Below, piece after piece: positions 1 through 10,052 of a DNA stretch of 64,000 nt. The stretch is from Candidatus Poribacteria bacterium (GTDB taxonomy: Bacteria > Poribacteria > WGA-4E > PCPOR2b). The position numbers and the translations under genes are program-made. How positions within the stretch are numbered: position 1 is the stretch's first letter; the number at the start of each line of letters is the position of its first letter. The stretch lies in contig OZ240245.1 in the NCBI GenBank assembly GCA_965198175.1, positions 1,056,001-1,120,000 of the forward strand, read 5' to 3'. The notes below the pieces were generated by a model. The model worked only from the letters and a program-made list of their open reading frames with translations. It had not been told where the DNA came from and ran no database searches.

Positions 1-110
1 TCCTGCTGACGATAAAACACGATTGTCCATGTGATGAGTAGGCAAAGATGAATTACCAAAGAGATGAGAAGTGCACGAGAGGATCGTGCTTTGTGCATTC
101 GATCTATCAT
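1..110 (-). CDS. 5' part of a membrane-anchored protein running off the left edge
   Basis: ATG at 110-108 reads MIDRMHKARSSRALLISLVIHLCLLITWTIVFYRQQ..., a basic N-terminus plus hydrophobic anchor (S..H motif of TonB/VWA-type anchors); open to the window edge. Confidence 0.55.
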   Translation of the reverse strand, partial: MIDRMHKARSSRALLISLVIHLCLLITWTIVFYRQQ

Positions 111-631
111 TGTCTGTTTTCTTTGTGGGCGGAAATGGATGTTGGTGCTATTTCTTTAAGACGATGGGAACGGCAGATTGTTTATTGAATAGCAACTCGA
201 TAAATCTATTGAATTTTCTCTGACTAGATGGTATCCTCTTGGAAACATAGAATCGGATATTGAGGATACCTCATGATATATGCTCGGATTGAAGCCTAAG
301 CCCACTCCTTTAAGAAGAAGAACTCAAAACGGCTTCTGATGGCAATAGTATCACCGAAGTTATTGACCTATCTGTCAACAGCGTAACCGCTCCAAAACTC
401 ACCGTGGTATTTTATTTGTCTCAAGCGACGATTACATCACCGTTAAAATATCTTCGGCTTAGCTACACCCAAACGCGACGATAGGCGGCTGGGGTAACCA
501 ATTTCACAAACAACAACAGATCGTATAACAAGGTGTGGTGTCAATGTTGGGTTTAATCCCGATTCACTACTAAATCCCGGTCAGCTAGATTTATCAAATT
601 ATCATGTCCAATCCGGATTAGGGGATCTCAA

Positions 632-1447
632 ATGCGCGTAACTCCAGAATCTGAAACTTACTTAGCCAACCAAATCGTCAGTGAAGAACAGATTCAGGAA
701 TGGGTTGAAACGTTCCACCGCAACGGATTTTTGTTTATTAAGAATGTACTGCCGCCGGAATGGTGTGCCGAGTTGCGTAAAGATTTGGATTGGACGCTAC
801 AAGAAAACCCGAACGGTCTCAACATCACGAGCGAAAAAATCCAGCTGTGCCACCGAATGTTCGAGCACAGTCAAGCCAATCTCATGTTGTTCAATCTTGA
901 GCCAATTGTTAGTTTTGCTGAGGCGCTTGTTGCTGAAAATTGTCACGTCATCCACAATAATTCTTTTCGCTGCTCGCCTGGGGGCGGCATTACCAACTGG
1001 CATCAGGACGACGCTCCTCACTTTATCGTCACGGACGGTGAGCCTCCGACAAATGTGCGGTTGCCGGTCCTTTTTTTCACGGCAAACTACTATTTGACAG
1101 ATGTTACCGAAATAGAACACGGCGGCACAGAGGTGATTCCGGGTTCCCATCTGTTTGGCACTTCACTACCCACCACGTTGGAAGGCACAAGATGGGAAAA
1201 GCTGAGTCACTACAATCTGGGAGAAGCTGGTAGTGTTGTGATGTTCAACAACCAAGTTTGTCATCGTGGGGGGCCAAATAAAAGTAAAAGGACACGCTAT
1301 GTCACACAAATTACTTATGCCCGACGCATAATTGGACACAAATACTATCCGTTTATGAATTACATCATGCCTGAACACATCTACGCAGATGCAAACCCAC
1401 GGCTGCGTCGTCTCCTGGGTTTCCTTGAGCGTGGGGCTTATGGTTGA
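632..1447 (+). CDS. phytanoyl-CoA dioxygenase (PhyH) family Fe(II)/2OG oxygenase
   Basis: FHRNGF, WHQD (HxD), GGTEVIPGSH, CHRGGPN..R motifs. Confidence 0.9.
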   Translation: MRVTPESETYLANQIVSEEQIQEWVETFHRNGFLFIKNVLPPEWCAELRKDLDWTLQENPNGLNITSEKIQLCHRMFEHSQANLMLFNLEPIVSFAEALVAENCHVIHNNSFRCSPGGGITNWHQDDAPHFIVTDGEPPTNVRLPVLFFTANYYLTDVTEIEHGGTEVIPGSHLFGTSLPTTLEGTRWEKLSHYNLGEAGSVVMFNNQVCHRGGPNKSKRTRYVTQITYARRIIGHKYYPFMNYIMPEHIYADANPRLRRLLGFLERGAYG

Positions 1448-1450
1448 TGA

Positions 1451-2500
1451 ATGAGCAATATGAAAGCAGTCGTTTTTCACGAACAGGGGGGCATAAACAA
1501 ACTCCGATATGAAGAGGTCCCTATTCCGGCCATCGCCCCATCAGAAATATTGGTAGAAGTCAAGGCGTGCGCGGTGAATCACCTCGATATTTCCGCGCGT
1601 CGTGATCGCCCGGAGGTTCAGCCATTCCCGCATATACTCGGATCTGACATTGCCGGCGAGGTTGCCGAGGTAGGTGCGAACGTCCACAACGTTGCCGTTG
1701 GCGATCGAGTTGTCCTGGCGCCCTGCATCCCTTGTGGGCAGTGCAGGGATTGCCTCAACGGTGATGAGAATATGTGTGACTTTCAGGCAATCTTGGGCTT
1801 TCAAACCAACGGCGGTTATGCAGAATATGTCAAAGCCCCCGCTAAAAACGTGATTCAAATCTCATCAGCACTTGCGTACTCTCTCGCCGCAGCGATTCCA
1901 ACGGCTTACCTCACCGCATGGCACATGCTTGTCAGTCGGGCACAGATTCGCCCCGGTGAAAGTATACTTATCCTATCTGCCGGAAGTGGTGTTGGCAGCG
2001 CGGCGCTACAAATTTCCAAGCTGTGTGGTGCTACCGTTCTCGTTACAGCAAGCAGCAATGAAAAACTTGAACGCGCGCGCCAGATGGGAGCGGATTTTAC
2101 AATCAATTATACACAAACCGATTTCAGTAAAGTCGCCCGGGAAGCGACAGATGGTCGAGGCGTTGACATTGTACTTGAGCATGTTGGAGCAGCGACATGG
2201 GAGGAGAGTGTGGCGAGTCTTGCGAAAAATGGGCGACTTGTTACATGTGGTGTCACGACAGGAAATATCGCCCCTATCAATATTCGCAAGATTTATCAGA
2301 GGCAGTTGACAATTCTTGGATCTGCGCTAGGTTCAACGTCAGAACTGCGCACAATCATACGTCTCGCAGAAGGAGGTAAGTTATCCCCTATTATCGATCG
2401 TGTGTTGCCATTACAAGCGGCAGCAGAGACGCATCGTATCCTTGAAAATCGAGATAATTTCGGAAAAATCTGTCTGTGCCCTAATGCTGAAAGGACCTAA
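1451..2500 (+). CDS. zinc-binding dehydrogenase / quinone oxidoreductase (MDR family)
   Basis: MKAVV start, CGQCRDC...C structural Zn lobe, AGSGVG nucleotide-binding motif, FGKI C-terminus. Confidence 0.9.
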   Translation: MSNMKAVVFHEQGGINKLRYEEVPIPAIAPSEILVEVKACAVNHLDISARRDRPEVQPFPHILGSDIAGEVAEVGANVHNVAVGDRVVLAPCIPCGQCRDCLNGDENMCDFQAILGFQTNGGYAEYVKAPAKNVIQISSALAYSLAAAIPTAYLTAWHMLVSRAQIRPGESILILSAGSGVGSAALQISKLCGATVLVTASSNEKLERARQMGADFTINYTQTDFSKVAREATDGRGVDIVLEHVGAATWEESVASLAKNGRLVTCGVTTGNIAPINIRKIYQRQLTILGSALGSTSELRTIIRLAEGGKLSPIIDRVLPLQAAAETHRILENRDNFGKICLCPNAERT

Positions 2501-2814
2501 ATCAGCGTCACATTTATCGTCTACTTGGGAAGCAAATCGAGGCAAATCCGACTGAGAGCAACCTCGGAAGATCGATGTAGGTGGGCATTCCTCATGACCA
2601 AGCTTGTAGCAGGAATACTCGCGTTCTACGTGGTGAGTTTGACTAGCCTTCCGTATTGAAGCGGCAAATAAAGAAGTTGGCACATCGTCTTTCATCTCAG
2701 AGGGCACTGACATATAAGTAAAATATGAAGTTGCTGGACCGAAAGGCTCGCGGTGCCGTTATGTGTGGAGAAAAATTGCTTATAGTGTTCGATGTTTATA
2801 TGATAATATGAATC

Positions 2815-4893
2815 TCAGAACTTCCGTCGCCCAACTGCCGTATTTCCCCCTGCATCAGTAGCCTGGATTGTTATTGTGTGTTCACCGGGCGACAGTGCCT
2901 CCGTTTTAATCAATAGTTCTTCACGCTTAGAATCAAAGATTCCATCCGCCGGGAAAATGACCTTCCAATGTTCATCGTTGTCGATTTTATAAACGGACTT
3001 TTGGATATAACTCATCGCGTCCTCAACTGCACAAGCAATCTGATATGTATCATCTCCATTGGCGGTCGCAGTAATATTGCCTACCGTTGGCTGTGTATTA
3101 TCAATATCAAAAGGATTGCTTATTTTCTCGGAAACTTTTGCCAAACTAGGCGGGTTGCTTAGCTTGTCCGTCGCCTCAATTTTAAGGGTGTAGCGTCCGT
3201 CAGGCATTGACGTCGTATCCCATGCGTAATTGGGCTGATCCAGCTTCTTTTTGAGTAGCTTCCAATTTGTCTCGTCGATGCTTTTGTAGTAGACAGTGAA
3301 CTGCAGGGTGTCATTATTCGCATCATCCACTTTCCATGTTGCCCGTCGTTTGCCATTATCGCTTTCAGATTGGCGCTGGGCTCTGTTTTCTCCAGGAGGA
3401 CTAACGTCAGTGGGCCTGCCGGAGCCTTTGGGTTTATCCCCGCGACGAATCTCAATTGAAGTGAAACGGGGTTCGACATTTGATTGAACAGAAGCAACAG
3501 CCACCCTTTTGAGAATTGGAGTCGTCGACGGAGCACTCGTCGTGAGTGTCGCACGCCATTGGATGTATCGCGCTGTTGGACTGGTGATCTGAGCCCCTTC
3601 CGGGATTGTCAATGCGTTTGACCAATCGCTCCATGTGTTATCCGGCTTTCCTGTATTTCCTGTCCGCGTAGCGAATGATATTGACGTACCTTCCGGCGAA
3701 AGTCCTTCCCACGATAGTTTCCCCCATCTTGAAATGAGTCGGGTATCATGAGGTACGGATTCAAGTGTGCCCGTTGTGTTGTGCTCCATTTTCAATTCAA
3801 ATAGCTTTCCGGAATTGCCGGTTCCTAGGGTGAGTTTATCATCTGTGCTCCGGTGCATCGCAAGGATCTGGCTTGCATCGCACTTCCCCAATGACACAAA
3901 ATCCCCATCTGCATTGACTCGAAAAACCTTTCCTTCATCACCTGTTCCAACCAAGAGTTGATTATCCGCTTCGACAACCATTGACAGAATCAATGGAGCT
4001 GGAGCCGTCCAAATCATGGAGACGACACCGTCGGGATGAATCTGATAAAGCTGTGATTTCTTTTCTTCGGGTGGCGCGCCTGGAGGAGGGGGGCCGCTTG
4101 GCTGCGCTCCCGGCTTCGGTGGAGAAGTTGTGACGGTTCCTGCGTAAATGGTGCCCTGAGGGTCTACAACAAGCGTGTGAACTTCTTTTTGTCCCGTCTG
4201 ATACACAACTGAAACCCCTCCATCGGACGTTATTCGGTAAATAACACCTTTACCCTCACTTCCAGCGTACAGAGCGTCTTGATGGTAAAGCAGACATACA
4301 ATGTTGCTTTCTTCAGAATCGAACAGGACACTGTTTTCTCCCTCTGGGGAAATTTTGTAAATCTTCCCGTTTGTTCCCGTCGCTGCGTAAAGATTTCCCC
4401 CATCATCAAACGTCATCGCCGACACGTATATTTCCTCGGAACTAAGAAGCGTAATTGGTGGAACACCCTCTTGCGAGATTTTATAAATTAAGCCATCAGG
4501 CGCCGTGCCAGCATAAATATTATCATTTGTGTCAATGGCAAGACTCAAGATTGAAACCTCTGGCGAGTCGTAAAAGAGTGATGACTGACCATCGGGAGTA
4601 ATCCGATAAATTTTACCCTGATTGCCTGTACCTGCGTAGATGTTTCCTTTGGAATCCTCAGCTAGACACCAAATGTATATTTCCTGTGTATCCGTGAAAA
4701 CAGCGTCCAGTTTAGGCGACAAGATGACTTCGTTTTTACTTGAGATTGATATATCTTTAGGCGTACCTGCTTCAAAATCACGTTGGCGATATTGTTCCCA
4801 AATGGACGTTTTCACTGCCAACGCCGATCCAATGTTGGCAACCAAAAGTATGGCTATGGAACTCAACAAATAAAGAACACGACAAAACCTCAT
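2815..4893 (-). CDS. secreted beta-propeller repeat protein with C-terminal FN3/Ig-like domains
   Basis: Start moved to ATG 4893 (RBS GAGGAGG); signal peptide; repeated 'D..GNIYAGT...GKIYRI' blades; 'WDTTSMPDGRYTLKIEATD' Ig-like strand. Confidence 0.8.
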   Translation of the reverse strand: MRFCRVLYLLSSIAILLVANIGSALAVKTSIWEQYRQRDFEAGTPKDISISSKNEVILSPKLDAVFTDTQEIYIWCLAEDSKGNIYAGTGNQGKIYRITPDGQSSLFYDSPEVSILSLAIDTNDNIYAGTAPDGLIYKISQEGVPPITLLSSEEIYVSAMTFDDGGNLYAATGTNGKIYKISPEGENSVLFDSEESNIVCLLYHQDALYAGSEGKGVIYRITSDGGVSVVYQTGQKEVHTLVVDPQGTIYAGTVTTSPPKPGAQPSGPPPPGAPPEEKKSQLYQIHPDGVVSMIWTAPAPLILSMVVEADNQLLVGTGDEGKVFRVNADGDFVSLGKCDASQILAMHRSTDDKLTLGTGNSGKLFELKMEHNTTGTLESVPHDTRLISRWGKLSWEGLSPEGTSISFATRTGNTGKPDNTWSDWSNALTIPEGAQITSPTARYIQWRATLTTSAPSTTPILKRVAVASVQSNVEPRFTSIEIRRGDKPKGSGRPTDVSPPGENRAQRQSESDNGKRRATWKVDDANNDTLQFTVYYKSIDETNWKLLKKKLDQPNYAWDTTSMPDGRYTLKIEATDKLSNPPSLAKVSEKISNPFDIDNTQPTVGNITATANGDDTYQIACAVEDAMSYIQKSVYKIDNDEHWKVIFPADGIFDSKREELLIKTEALSPGEHTITIQATDAGGNTAVGRRKF

Positions 4894-4939
4894 GAAGAAA
4901 CTTCCTCCTCTTAATGAGCAATTGAAGATTGGCAATTTA

Positions 4940-6790
4940 CTATGGGGCGTTACGGTCAATGGTGAATCGTACAAAATGTCCACCAGAGATTACATACTCC
5001 GTCGGGACATTTTCAATATGCAAAGTGGTGCCGCGCGTATAGCCTCCTTCGCCCGACTGGCTTGGTGAACTCATCACCGAGAGCATGGACAAAGGAAGTT
5101 CTGGGAACTCTTGCCCCTGAACAGTCATGCCAATTTTCGGAATAAAGATTTCCAGTATAATGTTACTATTGCTTGGGTCGTATTGCAGAAGCTGGATGAG
5201 TTGATTGATGTTTTTTGGGTAGTAGTTCAGTGGGGCGCGTGTACGCTGCCAGGTTTCATGGGACACCCCGCTTGCAACAAGGAGTGTAGCAAATCCCTCA
5301 GGAGCGTCATCTGGAACTTTGATATACCCCGCTTGGATAAATGGGGCTTCCAGATATGGACGAAGGGTTATCATCACCTCAATTTCCTCACCCGGACGAT
5401 ATCGGTTTTTATTTATCCGAACTCCTTCAATAACCGCCGTTTTCCGCTTATCCTCTATTTTGATATCAACGACAACTCCTTCTACCGCAATCTTTTCATA
5501 TTGATTACTAATCAGACTTGATAAGGGGGAAAAAGCCTGAAACGCCCAAAATCCGGGAGAAGAACTGGATGAGTAAACATTTCTACGCACAATCTCTTGA
5601 GATGTCAGATTGGGTGTATCCTGCAGTGTAATTGTCGTATTTATGTTGACGGTGTGATCTCCGCTGTCAATTTCTAGTGCACTAATGAAATTCCAAACCC
5701 CTATCGTGGCAATTATCGCCGATAAGCCACGATGGCGCATGACCTCATACTGAATCGGATGGGTTTTCCCATCTGTCGTTTCAATGTTGGCGCTAACCGG
5801 CATAAAACTGGGATGTGGTCCGGTTAAACCCGCGATGGCTGTTTGGCGATCCTGCACCAATGTGCCTATCGGTTTAGTTGGAGAAGCGACTTTGATGGAC
5901 CGAGAAATACTCGGTAGAATGAAATGGACATACCCCCCTGAAATCGGAAGATTTACATGACCCTCTCCGAACATCGAATGACCGAAACCGATTACCTGAG
6001 TTCCTTCGATATAGGTCATTGTGCCGTAAGCAAAAGCTGTGAAATCCCCACGTGAATATTCAATACCGACTATCTGACCGGGCTCAATGGGTGCACTTTC
6101 GACGGGAGCGCCTCCAGCTGTTCCCTGCATCGGCATCAGTCGATGTCTGTCGAAAATAGGTTTGAGGAATCCTAGCGCTTGAGGATTCATCGTAGACAAC
6201 GCCACCGGCAGTTGAAGCAGAGGTGACCTGGTATCCGCAGTCGGCATGGGCGGTGTATCCACCAACTCCTTATTTGTAAAGAATTCATCCGAAACTAAGG
6301 GCGATGTCTCAATTGGCTTCCAGGCGGAATGCACTCCATGGTTAAAAAGACTACCTCCGAAATAGCTTAAATTCGGCTGCATTCCGCGCTGCGTCACCTC
6401 AATCATGGATTCGATGGGCGTAAAGCCGACTAGGTTCGAATCTTCCCGCTGGAAAAAGTAACCAAGGGAAAGGGCGCCGATTAGTCGCCCATTGATATAA
6501 CCGGGGCTACCGCTCATCCCACCGGCAACGCCGGTCTTCTCAAAACTATCTCCGCTCGCTTCAACCCATATCACGTGCCACTGTGGTAAAAAATTGTATT
6601 CGATGCTCACAACTTCAAAGGCAAACTTTTCGACAGTTGTTCCCGAAAAAACGGTGTACGCTTCTCCTTTCATGCCCGGTTTAACTTCTGACAGGGGCAT
6701 AAATTTCTCCGCATCCCACTTGATTTCCGCTTTCGCTTGCATCACAACCGAGCAGAATACACCAATGATAAGCGAAAAACAAAACTTCAT
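4940..6790 (-). CDS. SpoIVB peptidase S55 domain protein
   Basis: 'SEVKPGMKG..TVFSG', 'GVAGGMSGSP' catalytic Ser motif, 'FGH'; signal peptide; RBS GAGGTG. Confidence 0.85.
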   Translation of the reverse strand: MKFCFSLIIGVFCSVVMQAKAEIKWDAEKFMPLSEVKPGMKGEAYTVFSGTTVEKFAFEVVSIEYNFLPQWHVIWVEASGDSFEKTGVAGGMSGSPGYINGRLIGALSLGYFFQREDSNLVGFTPIESMIEVTQRGMQPNLSYFGGSLFNHGVHSAWKPIETSPLVSDEFFTNKELVDTPPMPTADTRSPLLQLPVALSTMNPQALGFLKPIFDRHRLMPMQGTAGGAPVESAPIEPGQIVGIEYSRGDFTAFAYGTMTYIEGTQVIGFGHSMFGEGHVNLPISGGYVHFILPSISRSIKVASPTKPIGTLVQDRQTAIAGLTGPHPSFMPVSANIETTDGKTHPIQYEVMRHRGLSAIIATIGVWNFISALEIDSGDHTVNINTTITLQDTPNLTSQEIVRRNVYSSSSSPGFWAFQAFSPLSSLISNQYEKIAVEGVVVDIKIEDKRKTAVIEGVRINKNRYRPGEEIEVMITLRPYLEAPFIQAGYIKVPDDAPEGFATLLVASGVSHETWQRTRAPLNYYPKNINQLIQLLQYDPSNSNIILEIFIPKIGMTVQGQEFPELPLSMLSVMSSPSQSGEGGYTRGTTLHIENVPTEYVISGGHFVRFTIDRNAP

Positions 6791-6984
6791 CAAACTTTCA
6801 CCTCAGTATTCAATCTGATTTTCCCGAAATCGGAGTTCGTTGGTCTGAATCCTCTATTTTATGGGAATTCCAAACCCCTTATAAATCTAGCTGCCAAGAC
6901 ACAACTTGCGAATAATAACAGTGTTTTGAGGTAATGTCAACAAAAATCCGTCCGTCCTGAATACTTACGCTTGGTAGTTTGTGG

Positions 6985-7013
6985 TTGATGCCTACTGTAA
7001 TCTCTGGTAAACT
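6985..7013 (+). promoter_or_regulatory. putative sigma70 promoter of the EF-Tu-like gene
   Basis: TTGATG-17 bp-TAAACT with extended TG. Confidence 0.45.
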
Positions 7014-7188
7014 ACAGAACATCGTTGCCGGCGGAGGAGGGGCTACTGACGCAGGGAAGGAAAAGGCAACCTAAATGGGAGAGATGGGACGGTTCACCGG
7101 CAACACTTGTTCCGCGGTGGAGCATATCAATTAGCGAATCAACACGTCATCTGTATTGGTTTCACGCTTTACACGAGAGGAGAGCCAT

Positions 7189-8412
7189 ATGGAGACAAAA
7201 AAGCATCATCGGCATCAAGCATCGACAATTTGTACACTTGGCGGCGCAGGGCACGGTAAAACAACCCTGGCCGCTGCTATAATAAAAGTGGTATCACAGG
7301 TTGGCTCGACGCAAATACAGGCGCGTGATCTGGATTTACAACAGCCGATTCACCATTCAATCGGAGGTCGGCTAGGTGTTAGTTATAAAGCAGTCGATTA
7401 TGAGACAAGTGGCAGACACTACACACAAGTCGATGCTCTCAGTCACGCGGATAACATCAAGATGTTGATTAGCGGTTCACCAAAAATTGGGGGAGCAATT
7501 CTAGTTGTTAGTGCAGTTGAAGGTGTGACATCGGAAACAGAATCGCAGATTCACCTTGCAAGCCGAACCCGTGTTCCCGCGGTAGTTACGTTTTTGAACA
7601 AGACGGGACTCCTCAAAGACCCAGAGCTAATTGATATTTGTCAAATGGAGATTCGTGAACTGCTTATGGCTTGCGGCTATGCGGAAGCCAAATCCCCGAT
7701 AATCCTTGGAGATGCTGAGAGAGCGTTAAAATATAAAGGGCAGAATCTGAGTTCTGATCACTGCAAACCAATTATTGATCTTATCTTTGCGATGAACCGT
7801 TGCATACCTCAACCGATAAGCACCTTAGATCTGCCGCTGATTATGCCGATTCGAGAAGTGGTTGATGATTCGAAAACAGGCGTTTCAACACTTCATGGGG
7901 AAATTCTTCAAGGGAGACTTGCTGTTGGCCATTCAGTTCACATCGTTGGCAAAGGCGATCGAATCAAAACGCGTTGTGTTGCAATGCGTTCCCACACAGA
8001 ACTTTCCCCTCCACCGCACCAGGGACAGACCAATCATACGGTTGAAAATCAGGAGGTTATTCAGGTTGACTCGGAACCAGGATGGCTTTCGCCAGGACAA
8101 GTTGTTTCGGATCCGAAGAGCATCAAGTCACACACTATCTTTGAAGCTGCGGTTTACGTCATGACCCAGGAGGAATGCGGCGCCCATATTCCCCTTGTTG
8201 GAAATGATAAACCAGAAATCCATCTCTGGACAATCAATATTACCGGACATCTACGCTTGCCATCGGACGTAGCTGTCATTAATCCCGGAGAACACGCGAC
8301 AGTACAAATCACTCTTGACTTGCCGATGGCAATAATGGTTGGTACGAGGTTTGACCTCAAGAAGATGGGGGCGAAGCTTGGAATCGGGGTTGTGACAACG
8401 ATTGTGGATTAG
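7189..8412 (+). CDS. divergent elongation factor Tu-like protein (degenerate GTPase motifs)
   Basis: Colinear with EF-Tu (GHGKTTLAAAI, YETSGRHY..VD, GAILVVSA..G, FLNK, MEIRELL, FEAAVYV, GVVTTI) but G1-G5 altered; ATG 7189 after RBS GAGGAG. Confidence 0.85.
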   Translation: METKKHHRHQASTICTLGGAGHGKTTLAAAIIKVVSQVGSTQIQARDLDLQQPIHHSIGGRLGVSYKAVDYETSGRHYTQVDALSHADNIKMLISGSPKIGGAILVVSAVEGVTSETESQIHLASRTRVPAVVTFLNKTGLLKDPELIDICQMEIRELLMACGYAEAKSPIILGDAERALKYKGQNLSSDHCKPIIDLIFAMNRCIPQPISTLDLPLIMPIREVVDDSKTGVSTLHGEILQGRLAVGHSVHIVGKGDRIKTRCVAMRSHTELSPPPHQGQTNHTVENQEVIQVDSEPGWLSPGQVVSDPKSIKSHTIFEAAVYVMTQEECGAHIPLVGNDKPEIHLWTINITGHLRLPSDVAVINPGEHATVQITLDLPMAIMVGTRFDLKKMGAKLGIGVVTTIVD

Positions 8413-8486
8413 CTTAAACGATACGATGCAAGTCACATTCGTGAAAAAGCGGAGGTGTCGCCATCGCTGATGCCCGTAAGATTTAG

Positions 8487-9791
8487 TTAGTCCTGATTTC
8501 TATCAAACCGGGTTGTCATCGCGGCTGCATGTCCGTCAAGTCCTTCTACCTGTGCTAGTTTGACCACAGCGGGTGTGACCTTTTTTAGGGCGGATTCTGT
8601 ATAAGAGATAACGCTTGTTTTCTTAAGAAAATCGTCCACGTTCAAAGGAGAAGCATATCGTGCTGCGCCGCCTGTTGGAAGGACGTGATTTGGTCCGGCA
8701 ACATAATCACCGACCGATTCCGGTGTGTAGGGTCCGACCATAATTGCACCTGCATTGTGAATTGCGCCAATCCACTCAAATGGGTTTTTCACTTCCAACT
8801 CAACATGCTCAGGCGCAATTGCGTTTGCCAGATTGACCGCTTCCGCCAGATCTGCGACGACAAATGCTGCGCTGTAGTTCTCAAACGCGCTTGTGAGTTC
8901 AGACTGACGAGACAATACTTTCATCTGTGATTCAACCTCTTTGCGGACCTGCTCGGCGAGCGCTCTAAATGGAGTCACAAGAATCGCACAGCTATCTTCA
9001 CTGTGTTCTGCCTGAGAGATTAGATCTGCTGCAATGTAAGCCGGTTCCGCGCTTTGATCAGCGATAACGAGGATTTCACTCGGACCTGCCAATTTGTCGA
9101 TGTCGACCAAACCGTAGACTTCTTTCTTGGCAAGTTGAACAAAAGAGTTGCCTGGCCCGACAATCTTGTCTACTTTTGGTAGAGTTTCCGTTCCATAAGC
9201 CATTGCCCCGACAGCTTGGGCGCCACCACACTTGTAAACCTCTTGGACGCCACATTCTGCTGCTGCAACGAGCATATGTGGATTAATCCTCCGATTCCGC
9301 ATGGGCCCCATGAATACGGCAATCTCTTCAACGCCGGCAACTTTTGCAGGAACCACGTTCATAATCAGCGACGAAACCAATAGCTGGCTTACAGAAGGAA
9401 CACATACGCCGACACGCTTCAATGGGCGAATCAAATGCCCTAAAAGGACACCGTTTTCTTCGGTAGAGAACCATGAATTTCGTAACTGCTTCTGATGAAA
9501 TCTTTCGATGTTTTGCCGTGCAAGCCTGACAGCATCAAGAAATTCTGAATCAACGTGTGATTGTGCGTCATTAAATTCTTTTTCCTTTACCCGCAGGTCT
9601 TTCACGGATATTCTCGGCGCATCAAACTTTCGCGTATATTTGATAACGGCTGTATCGCCATTTTTACGAACATCCTGTAATATCCGGCGCACCGTTTTCA
9701 GAACCGCCTCATCATCGAGTCGCCCGCGAAGACTTAACTGACTAACGAACGCCTGCGCTTCTTCGGTATGCGATTCAAAAATCTTGAACAT
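8487..9791 (-). CDS. hisD: histidinol dehydrogenase
   Basis: GGAQAVGAMAYG, DKIVGPGN, AGPSEI, SQAEH, APEH, GDYVAGPNHVLPT, EGLDGHA. Confidence 0.97.
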   Translation of the reverse strand: MFKIFESHTEEAQAFVSQLSLRGRLDDEAVLKTVRRILQDVRKNGDTAVIKYTRKFDAPRISVKDLRVKEKEFNDAQSHVDSEFLDAVRLARQNIERFHQKQLRNSWFSTEENGVLLGHLIRPLKRVGVCVPSVSQLLVSSLIMNVVPAKVAGVEEIAVFMGPMRNRRINPHMLVAAAECGVQEVYKCGGAQAVGAMAYGTETLPKVDKIVGPGNSFVQLAKKEVYGLVDIDKLAGPSEILVIADQSAEPAYIAADLISQAEHSEDSCAILVTPFRALAEQVRKEVESQMKVLSRQSELTSAFENYSAAFVVADLAEAVNLANAIAPEHVELEVKNPFEWIGAIHNAGAIMVGPYTPESVGDYVAGPNHVLPTGGAARYASPLNVDDFLKKTSVISYTESALKKVTPAVVKLAQVEGLDGHAAAMTTRFDRNQD

Positions 9792-10052
9792 GGAAAACTC
9801 CTTAACTCGACAACGGGGTGCTGCTACGACTTGGATGCATCTACCTATGTTAATCGCTCAACATCAAGTGAAACAGTTTGTTATAAAGTCATCTGATGAC
9901 ACAAACAAAAACGTGAGAACCATCTAATAATCCTTATTATACCATATTTCCCGGTGTAGTGTTGGATCTCTAATCGCAATCATCAAGCATGAATGTCTCT
10001 CTCAACAACTGATCATTATTTATCCGACGGCTGGATGGATTCAGTGGTCAAT

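Noticed and set aside
111..631. Possible ncRNA or riboswitch in the long AT-rich intergenic region
   Set aside because: No recognisable conserved motif or stable structure; explained as a divergent promoter region
7189..8412. Calling this gene tuf or selB
   Set aside because: G1-G5 motifs are degenerate, the context is not a tuf locus, and there is no SelB C-terminal domain
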